DNA of 64,000 nucleotides from IMG/VR virus record IMGVR_UViG_3300027976_000007, positions 32,001-96,000 of that record, one strand, 5' to 3'. Both the position numbers and the translations under genes were made by a program. The notes beneath the pieces are model-generated. The model was not told where the DNA came from. It was given only the letters and a program-made list of their open reading frames with translations, and did not search any database. The DNA is from a virus. Below are positions 56,801 through 64,000 of this stretch, piece after piece (position 1 is the stretch's first letter; each line of letters opens with the position of its first letter).

Positions 56801-58150
56801 TCAATTATACATATTAGAATTCCATTCAAATTTTAGATTTCCCGTATTCCATACTCGGTAATATCCTCTATTTAACATAATCTCATATTCTGTAAGTTTG
56901 GGGTCTTCTCCTTGTTTTACTAATAGATCTTTTCTGAAGTTAAATCTATTATATTTTATTTTTGATTTAAACCAATGATATCCTGGAGTAGTAGGTTTTA
57001 AGGGGTTCATATTCAATTTATTGTATAAACCCCCATCACTCCAATCTCTGTTGGCATAAGATATTACTTTTATAGGGGAATGGAGGGTTATAAATTTCTT
57101 AAATAGTTTAGATGCTCCCCCTATAACATTATAGTATTTTTTATTACAAAATCTTAACAATTCAAAATGACCTTCGATATTATTTTGTTTTAAATTTTTT
57201 CGTAATTTACTAAAGGTCATTACTGAAACTAATCCATCATTATAGAATAACCCTAAACTGTATTTACATATAGCATTTCCCTGTAGATGGTTTTCTTTTA
57301 AGAAAGAAGTACTTTCTTTATTTGAAATGTTTTTTACAACACATTTTCTAGCATAAATTGAATTTGGAGTAATACTCAATTGGTTTTTGAGTATTGATTT
57401 GATAATATCGCTTTTTTGGATCCAATCACTATCCCAAATATGTATTAATTTTACCCCTAAAGAGTTACATTCTTTTGTTTTTTTTAGATGGTATGATTTG
57501 TCTTTTTTAAAGAGATCGGAATGATAATAAGTTCCATTAAATTCTATAGCTAATTTTAATTCAGGTAGATATATATCTATTTCTTTCCCATTTAATAATT
57601 CTGTATCATTATTAATTATTTTATCTTTATATTCGTTTTTAATGAAAGAAAGTAGTTCTTTTTCTAGTTTGGATACTCCCTTAAATAATCCTTTTTCTTT
57701 TTCTATTCTCTTTATAGCACTTTTTCTCATTTGGTTTTTTGTTTCTATTGAGTGGGTGTTATATCCAGGTTTTACCCAATCCCAATGACCTTTAATATAG
57801 GAAGAAAACCAGTTCTTTTTGTCATATTTAATAAAAGTAGTTTCACCTTTACATCCACATTTACATAATGGAGGTTTATTATTAAATTTATGCTTTAGTA
57901 TATAATTTTTGAAGGATATGTTATGTTCTTTAGAAATATGGAACATTAAATTCCTATAATCTTTTACATTAACACCACATTCCATACATTCCATTTTATA
58001 GGTTTTAGAGTCTTTTATTTCTTTGATTTTTTTGATTCTAAATTCCCCGTACTTCGAAAGGTATTCCTCCGTCTTTATTGAATGGTTCCATCTCAGATGC
58101 ATCGCTAAGGACCTAGCGGTTATTTCTTCATTACATATATTACATTTCAT
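56801..58150 (-). CDS. free-standing putative homing endonuclease (zinc fingers plus PD-(D/E)xK domain, Hef-like)
   Basis: C2H2 repeats, CKCGC, EIDIYLPELKLAIEFNG.YYH; inserted after the capsid terminator. Confidence 0.7.
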   Translation of the reverse strand: MKCNICNEEITARSLAMHLRWNHSIKTEEYLSKYGEFRIKKIKEIKDSKTYKMECMECGVNVKDYRNLMFHISKEHNISFKNYILKHKFNNKPPLCKCGCKGETTFIKYDKKNWFSSYIKGHWDWVKPGYNTHSIETKNQMRKSAIKRIEKEKGLFKGVSKLEKELLSFIKNEYKDKIINNDTELLNGKEIDIYLPELKLAIEFNGTYYHSDLFKKDKSYHLKKTKECNSLGVKLIHIWDSDWIQKSDIIKSILKNQLSITPNSIYARKCVVKNISNKESTSFLKENHLQGNAICKYSLGLFYNDGLVSVMTFSKLRKNLKQNNIEGHFELLRFCNKKYYNVIGGASKLFKKFITLHSPIKVISYANRDWSDGGLYNKLNMNPLKPTTPGYHWFKSKIKYNRFNFRKDLLVKQGEDPKLTEYEIMLNRGYYRVWNTGNLKFEWNSNMYN

Positions 58151-58191
58151 GCTAATTAGGCTTTAAGTCCTGAATTTTATAATAAATATAT

Positions 58192-58224
58192 AAAAAAAAT
58201 CCTGAAGTAAAAAACTTCAGGATT
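58192..58224 (-). terminator. intrinsic terminator after the major capsid gene
   Basis: 11-bp perfect stem AATCCTGAAGT/ACTTCAGGATT plus T-run. Confidence 0.85.
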
Positions 58225-58248
58225 CTTCTTTTAACTATTAATTAGTTA

Positions 58249-59877
58249 TTACAGTGTGTTCAATCCACTTACTAGGATCTTACCGTAAAATTCTGGTCTC
58301 ACAACTTTCTTAGCGTATCTAGTCATCAAACCTTTACTTGGTACGTAAGTGTCTGGATCATATACAAGAGGTGTCATAATCAACGGAACATAAGGGGCGA
58401 AAACCGCTCCGGCTTCTAGGAATTGACCTCCTCTGAATCCCATAAGGATTACATTTTCAGTCATATAAGGGTTTTTATACACCGTATATCTTGAATTCAT
58501 AGTTCCTGCTTTTTCAACTCCAAAAGCATATGTTTGTTTAGTAACATCACCGTCTGAATTAGAAGCAAATCCTGGGATAGACTCTAAAATAGTTCCTACT
58601 GCAGGAGAACAAACTATGAAGTTAGCTCCTCCTCTTAAGGTTCTTTGGTGAATTATATTAGACAATTTTTGCATTTTAGTTCCAAGTGTTTGGAACCATT
58701 GTCCTTGGGAATTAAAGAATCCTAAATCAGAATTTAATACACCAGCAGCACCTATTGAAAGGTTATTAACCGCTGACCAATATTCGGTACCAGCCGCTGC
58801 TGACTCAATCAACATATCAAGTATTTCTAAGTCTATATCTAAGGCGATATGTTCACTCATAATACTTGTTAATTCTGCTTCAGCATCCAAACTTTGGTAA
58901 GCATCAAGGTCTTGAGCGAACTCAGGAGTCCATTTAGCTTTAAGTTTTCTAGTTTTAGCAATTATACCTTCACTTCTCATTGAAATGTTAATTTCAGGGA
59001 TAGAAATAGGATCATTACTACCATTAAGGTTAGTATTTCCTTCTTCGTAATCTCCTCTATTAGCATCTGTAGGTTGTAGAGTATAAGTTATAGTAACGTT
59101 AGATCCTTCAACAGGAGCTTGAGTTGAACTTACTACGAATCTCAAAGTAGAGCCTGAAGCCTTTGTAAAAGCGGACAATTGGATAGGTCCTGTTATAGAT
59201 CCAGTACTCAATTGGAAACTTCTGATTGCTTCAGCATCATAGTTAGGGATTGCAGAGGTAGGAATCATTACTACTTTCAAACCACCAGCAGAAACAGAAG
59301 CAGAATATGCTGAGTCAGCATTTATGTCTGTAAACCAGTTAGTAGATGAAGCCGTAGTAGCTGAAGAGATAGAAGCTGTGTTGTTAATTGAATAACCATA
59401 TCTTCCAGCACCATAAGATCCACCTGTTGTAGAGTTCCCGAAAGGACCAGTACCGTCAGCAGCTAAAGTCCCATATAAAGACTCACCAGCAGTGAAAGGG
59501 GTTTTTGAAGTTCCATATTGGAAATCAAGGAAGAATACTAAACCTGCAGGCAGGTTCATAGGTTGTACAGAGACAAACTCCTTAGTGGAGATTTGACCCA
59601 TGATTTTTCTAACCATAGGAAGAGCTATTCCAGCCCATTGTGCTCCTGTACCAGTTGAGAAACTACCAGCACCAGCACCTCCACCAGTTGTAGAGTTTTC
59701 TACTACTAATTGTTTTGACTGGTTCTCAAGGATCATAGACATATTGTTTCTTTCTGTTTCAGAATCAATACCTTCTAATAGTCCTGTAGTCTTCCATTTT
59801 TTGGCTAGTCTTGAAGCATCACTTTGTAGTGATTTATAAGGACTAGCACTTTCTAAAAGTGATTGTAATTTTGACAT
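58249..59877 (-). CDS. major capsid protein (T4 gp23-like)
   Basis: VQPMNLPAGL.F, AKTRKLKA.WT.E.AQDL, AEAELT, FAPYVPL, TRY. Confidence 0.96.
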   Translation of the reverse strand: MSKLQSLLESASPYKSLQSDASRLAKKWKTTGLLEGIDSETERNNMSMILENQSKQLVVENSTTGGGAGAGSFSTGTGAQWAGIALPMVRKIMGQISTKEFVSVQPMNLPAGLVFFLDFQYGTSKTPFTAGESLYGTLAADGTGPFGNSTTGGSYGAGRYGYSINNTASISSATTASSTNWFTDINADSAYSASVSAGGLKVVMIPTSAIPNYDAEAIRSFQLSTGSITGPIQLSAFTKASGSTLRFVVSSTQAPVEGSNVTITYTLQPTDANRGDYEEGNTNLNGSNDPISIPEINISMRSEGIIAKTRKLKAKWTPEFAQDLDAYQSLDAEAELTSIMSEHIALDIDLEILDMLIESAAAGTEYWSAVNNLSIGAAGVLNSDLGFFNSQGQWFQTLGTKMQKLSNIIHQRTLRGGANFIVCSPAVGTILESIPGFASNSDGDVTKQTYAFGVEKAGTMNSRYTVYKNPYMTENVILMGFRGGQFLEAGAVFAPYVPLIMTPLVYDPDTYVPSKGLMTRYAKKVVRPEFYGKILVSGLNTL

Positions 59878-59909
59878 ATTATTTTATGTTAATTTGTTGT
59901 TTTTATTAA

Positions 59910-60842
59910 TTAAATTTTAATACCAGCTAGTTTTTGGAATCTTGCAACCATAGGGTCAACCTCTATAATAGAAGTTTTAGATTCATTTAAATTGGCTAAT
60001 GATTTTGAAGCAGAACCCATTTTGTTTTCTCTGATTGGAGCTTTTCCTCTAGGAGTTATGCTTTTTATCAAAGTCTCATATATGACTTTTGCTTCTGATG
60101 TTGTGGATGCCTTATCGAAAGATTCTAGAACTTGGATTTTTTGAGATTCTCTTAAATTGTTAACTTTAAAAATCTTATTTGTGTAAATAAGTTTAGCATT
60201 TAATAAATTAATTTCATTAAGTTCATTTCTAAGAATTTTTACTGTTTTATAAGCTTCAAAAAGTTCTTTGTGATAATCAACTTCATCTTCTACTTCAGCT
60301 TCACCTTCAACAGGGAAATCTGATTCGGATTCTAATTCACCATCTTGGTTCATTTCGTCTATAACGGAAGCTACAAAAGCTTTAAATTCTTCTTCAGTCA
60401 TATCCCCTACATCGAAATCTTCTTCGTCTTCAGTTTCATCCTCCGTTTCTTTTTCTTCTTCTTCAGTTTCTTTTTCTTCTTCTTCAGTTTCTTCTTCTTC
60501 AGTTTCTTCTTCTTCAGTTTCTTCTTCAGTTATAGCTTCAGTTTCATCATCCATTTCTCTTTCGATTTCTGCTAGGATTTCGTCTAAGTTGAATTCCTCT
60601 TCTTCTTCTTCTGTAAAAGAGCTCTCTAAATCTTCTTCTTCTTCTTTCATTGTATCGTATTCTTCTTCTACATTTTCCTCCTCTTCTTCTTCTCCTAATT
60701 CGATTTCTTCTAACTTTGCAGCTAACATTGATTTCAAATGAGGGGTGAAGGCTTCTTCCAATGCTAGTTTAGCATTTTCAATAGCGGATTCTTTTATAGT
60801 CTTAGCATCAGCGATAGCATCTTCTAATATATTTCGTTTCAT
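59910..60842 (-). CDS. prohead core scaffolding protein (gp22-like)
   Basis: Highly acidic coiled coil between protease and capsid genes; ends RFQKLAGI. Confidence 0.85.
   Translation of the reverse strand: MKRNILEDAIADAKTIKESAIENAKLALEEAFTPHLKSMLAAKLEEIELGEEEEEENVEEEYDTMKEEEEDLESSFTEEEEEEFNLDEILAEIEREMDDETEAITEEETEEEETEEEETEEEEKETEEEEKETEDETEDEEDFDVGDMTEEEFKAFVASVIDEMNQDGELESESDFPVEGEAEVEDEVDYHKELFEAYKTVKILRNELNEINLLNAKLIYTNKIFKVNNLRESQKIQVLESFDKASTTSEAKVIYETLIKSITPRGKAPIRENKMGSASKSLANLNESKTSIIEVDPMVARFQKLAGIKI
60445..60531. repeat. coding tandem repeat encoding (EEETE)/(EEEKET) units
   Basis: 15/18-bp units of ttcttcttcagt. Confidence 0.85.
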
Positions 60843-60966
60843 GTTCCTAAATTTGTTTTGGAAAATACGTTTATTGTAAACGTAATAGTTTTTTTGATAT
60901 ATAATCTTACCATCATATAGAAAATGATGTATTGTTGATGATACATATGTGAAGGAAATTCAAAGT

Positions 60967-61010
60967 AAAAAAAGACCCTAATGCTGATCTTACGGTAAAC
61001 AGTTAGGGTA
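60967..61010 (-). terminator. probable terminator after the prohead protease gene
   Basis: ACCCTAA...TTAGGGT stem followed by CTTTTTTT on the minus strand. Confidence 0.6.
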
Positions 61011-61039
61011 CATTTAGTTTAGTAGGGGTAATAGTACTT

Positions 61040-61651
61040 TTAGTTTAAAGGACAAGATCCATTACCGCATAAAATATCTATGATTATAGAATTTATTACC
61101 CCATACTGGTTATAGTATTTAGATTCAGTAATGTTTTCTCTAAGAGGTTTCATAAAGGAGTTTGGATTGGATGGGGTGCTTACAAAATCCCAACATAACA
61201 ATTCAAAATCATCTTGAACCTCCATTATTCCACCTTCTTCTTTAAGAGATCCCATACCTCTAGAAGACACACCAACACGAATATTGTTTTCTATTAAAGC
61301 TTTTAAAATATTACCTGATGGGGTAGGAAGGATTTCTATTTTCCCTATAATTTCATCCCCATCCCATCTATATTCTATAATATTATGTGATACGTTTTTT
61401 AAATTTACAGTTTGGGATTCTGGATGGTCTAGTTCTCCAGTTGCTCCATTACTTTTAATTAGTTCATCATACTTCTTCATTTCCCTAACCCAAAGCTCCC
61501 TGGAATAATATCTACCGTTACCGTTTTTGATTTCCGCTGTGGCTAGTATCCCTTCAACTACAAGATTTCCCCTAGCTGATAGTTTACCCTCTGTAATGAC
61601 AGGAGAGATTGTAGGTTTAAAGGTGGAAGTCTCTATTAATAGTTGTTTCAT
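61040..61651 (-). CDS. prohead core protease (T4 gp21-like)
   Basis: NGNGRYY, GELDHP, VSH, GVSSRGMGS, DFVSTPS. Confidence 0.95.
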   Translation of the reverse strand: MKQLLIETSTFKPTISPVITEGKLSARGNLVVEGILATAEIKNGNGRYYSRELWVREMKKYDELIKSNGATGELDHPESQTVNLKNVSHNIIEYRWDGDEIIGKIEILPTPSGNILKALIENNIRVGVSSRGMGSLKEEGGIMEVQDDFELLCWDFVSTPSNPNSFMKPLRENITESKYYNQYGVINSIIIDILCGNGSCPLN

Positions 61652-61654
61652 AAT

Positions 61655-63352
61655 TTATAGGGAATTTTTTCTTTTTAGAGGTCTTTTTCTTTCTTCAATA
61701 TTATTATCTTCAATAGTATCACCACTAACTATTTCAGTTGGAGGAGAATAAGAACATCCTGCGGTTTTTTCGTACACTTTAACCATGGTGGCTTTTTTCT
61801 TTTCTAAAAGCTTTATTTCCTTCTCCATCTCCTTGATCTTTTTCTTGTCAACAAGTTCAGATAAACTTTCATCTTCAGAAACCATAGATAATCTTTTACT
61901 TTTTGAATCAATAGCGTGTGATATAGCTTCTATTTGAAATTCTATAGTCGCAATCTTCCCTTGGTTTTCTATCTCCGATAATTTACTATCAAGGGTAGGT
62001 TTTTTCTCTTTTTTAGGTTTAGGGGATGGTTTTTCTCCTAAGGGGAGTTGTTCTTTTATAAGGTTTATCAGTTTTATGTGTTTCATATTTTTTTTACTTT
62101 CTGAGAATTGTCTTCCATCTTCAAATGATGCTACTGTGGATTCAGAATCATACCAATCCTCTACTCTATAATCAATATTACCTTTCCCGTCATCTATTCT
62201 ATTTACATGCTGGGTAACTCTTTCTGATTTTGATATATCTCTTGCTTTGTTAATAGCTCTAGTTTTAAGGTCTTCACCCTCACCAGCATCGAACCCAAAC
62301 CAAACATCATCAGGGAATTCATTAAAATCATCTTGAGTATATTCTCTGCTATCAGCTTCAGGTGGGTTGAAATTATCATTATCATAAGGGGCTTTTAAAG
62401 GTTGTTTATTTGATACCCCTTCCTTCAATTTAACTTTAACCATTTGGTCTGTTTTTGAAGCTTTTAATCCAGGTAAGTCGTCTCTATATCCTAATCCTTT
62501 TACCCCAAATTGACCATCCTTAACATAATGAAGTCTATCTTTAGTTAAGTTTTTAGCTACTATGTCTTTTATTTGTTCAACAGTTTTTTCGGAGTTCTTA
62601 GGATCTTTCATTTCACAATAATAACCTGACAAGAATTCTTGTCCAAAGATATTATCAATGTTTTTTATATCTTTATAATCATATCCTTTAACCTCCATAT
62701 CAATTACTTCTTTGGGGGTTTTCTTCTCTTCAGCTTTAGCTCCTTTTGCTTCTTTTGCTTCTTTTACAAAAGTTCTTCCACATTCTCTTAATCTTTTCAA
62801 TTTATCGTCTATTGAATTTAAAGCATCACCAAATCTGCCAGCGACTTCTCCTCCTTGAGGTTCAGCTTCTTGTTCCATATCTCTAGTAATTTGGGCTCTT
62901 TCATCCTCAAGTTCATATCTTTCTAAACCTTGTTGGGTTTTATCAACATGAAATCCTTTAGAATATTTAGGTTCACCATCTACTTGGTTTTTAAATCTGT
63001 CCCTTGATGTTCTAGCTCTCATTAAAGGGGAATCATTTACATCTTCTATTTCTTTTATTGAACTTTTAGATGTTGCGGCCGATATTTTACGATCCTCAAA
63101 ATCTGAATATTTCTTTTCCTTTTCATTTAATTTAGATTTAAATATAGAAAAGAAATCTGAATCTTCAGATTTAGTATTTTCATGGGAGTGAATTATATTA
63201 TTTCTTTTTAAACTATTTATTGTTTCTTTTATATCCGCCGCATTACGGATAATAGAAGGGAATAGTTTCTTAGCAGTTTTTTTGAAAATTTCAACATTAC
63301 CTTTTCCTTTAAGGATCAAATTATATTGTTCTTGTAAAGTTTTTTGTTTCAT
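61655..63352 (-). CDS. charged modular head-region protein
   Basis: 565 aa, upstream of protease; many (L/I/F/V)-x-E sites; MEQEAEPQGG module. Confidence 0.7.
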   Translation of the reverse strand: MKQKTLQEQYNLILKGKGNVEIFKKTAKKLFPSIIRNAADIKETINSLKRNNIIHSHENTKSEDSDFFSIFKSKLNEKEKKYSDFEDRKISAATSKSSIKEIEDVNDSPLMRARTSRDRFKNQVDGEPKYSKGFHVDKTQQGLERYELEDERAQITRDMEQEAEPQGGEVAGRFGDALNSIDDKLKRLRECGRTFVKEAKEAKGAKAEEKKTPKEVIDMEVKGYDYKDIKNIDNIFGQEFLSGYYCEMKDPKNSEKTVEQIKDIVAKNLTKDRLHYVKDGQFGVKGLGYRDDLPGLKASKTDQMVKVKLKEGVSNKQPLKAPYDNDNFNPPEADSREYTQDDFNEFPDDVWFGFDAGEGEDLKTRAINKARDISKSERVTQHVNRIDDGKGNIDYRVEDWYDSESTVASFEDGRQFSESKKNMKHIKLINLIKEQLPLGEKPSPKPKKEKKPTLDSKLSEIENQGKIATIEFQIEAISHAIDSKSKRLSMVSEDESLSELVDKKKIKEMEKEIKLLEKKKATMVKVYEKTAGCSYSPPTEIVSGDTIEDNNIEERKRPLKRKNSL

Positions 63353-64000
63353 AGGTTGTTTATTTTAAAAAGCTCTTCCATTAAATTCTGATATTGTAGT
63401 AAATTAACTAAATGGTTATTAGTTATTTTCTCTTTAGAATTAACTTCTTGGAGAAGTTTTGATATTTCTTTTATTTTTATTTTTAATGTTGGGTCTTTAA
63501 CTTTAAATATTTCTTTTTTTAAGGAAGTTTTCAGTTCTAAAATCTCTTTATTATAAAAATCTTTAAGTTTAGAAGAATTATCTACAGATTCTATAAACTC
63601 CCTTAATATTTCTTTTTGTTTAGAGTTTAATGATGAATATTTAGTATTAAATTTCTCTAATAAAACATGGTATGTAAGAATTCTTAAATCTTTATCATAG
63701 GTTCTAAACTCAGACATTACATCGGTTTTGATTTTCCCTTTATTTATTTCTTTGGTAGAAGTAAGATATTCTAGTACTAGTATTTTGTTATCTATTATCT
63801 GAGTGGGGAGAACTTTATTGGAGGTATTGTAGATTTCAAATAAAGTATAAAAGGAAGCTAGTTCCTTATAGTTAGAGATGTTAGACTTAAATAATTCATC
63901 TACATCATAGATTTCCTTCAATTCCTTTATAAGGTTATATTTTTCTTTTCTTAACTTAGTTCTATTGAGACTTTTTGAAGCTTTTAATATAGTATCTATT
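63349..64000 (-). CDS. hypothetical head-region protein (5' end outside the window)
   Basis: Frame stays open from 63921 to the window end (IDTILKASKSLNRTKLRKEKYNLIKELKE). Confidence 0.75.
   Translation of the reverse strand, partial: IDTILKASKSLNRTKLRKEKYNLIKELKEIYDVDELFKSNISNYKELASFYTLFEIYNTSNKVLPTQIIDNKILVLEYLTSTKEINKGKIKTDVMSEFRTYDKDLRILTYHVLLEKFNTKYSSLNSKQKEILREFIESVDNSSKLKDFYNKEILELKTSLKKEIFKVKDPTLKIKIKEISKLLQEVNSKEKITNNHLVNLLQYQNLMEELFKINNL

Noticed and set aside
15-61751. Plus-strand ORFs in the six-frame track
   Set aside because: Nearly all lie antisense to well-supported minus-strand genes, have Ser/Phe/Ile-rich shadow composition and show no recognisable motifs.
62203-62385. 60-aa minus-strand ORF nested in 61655..63352
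   Set aside because: Out-of-frame overlap with no supporting features; probably chance.
1-64000. tRNA/rRNA genes and stop-codon reassignment
   Set aside because: No cloverleaf or rRNA-like segments seen by eye; long genes read intact in the standard bacterial code.

Overview
This 64-kb window comes from a large, AT-rich, T4-like myovirus. Essentially all real genes are on the minus strand, and the long plus-strand ORFs are antisense shadows. Promoters with TTG-N20-TAnnTTTA architecture and A-rich start regions point to a Bacteroidota host (inference). In transcription order (high to low coordinates) it holds: head genes (protease, scaffold, major capsid); a free-standing endonuclease; PhoH; neck, tail, tape-measure and baseplate genes; replication/recombination genes (mini family-A polymerase, SSB, RecA/UvsX, 5'-3' exonuclease, DnaB, class II RNR); a cluster of small acidic ORFs sharing an 18-aa N-terminal leader; a lysis module; a 7-deazaguanine DNA-modification cluster (dpdA/TGT-like, queC, queD, queE, folE) interleaved with thyA and thioredoxin; a split intein-bearing PolB; clamp and clamp loader; and GroES/GroEL. 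Three observations stand out. (1) A 4,654-bp segment is bounded by an 11-bp direct repeat that sits inside both a thioredoxin gene and a mini-uvrB gene, so uvrB is circularly permuted and would be restored in frame only on an excised circle. (2) A repeated capsid-targeting-like leader (MDNFDLKKYLVEGKLLKE) is fused to unrelated acidic cargo modules punctuated by prohead-protease-type (L/I)-x-E sites. (3) There are candidate recoding sites in thyA (A AAA AAG) and in the tail-assembly chaperone gene. Product calls rest on motifs and synteny read by eye; no database searches were run.
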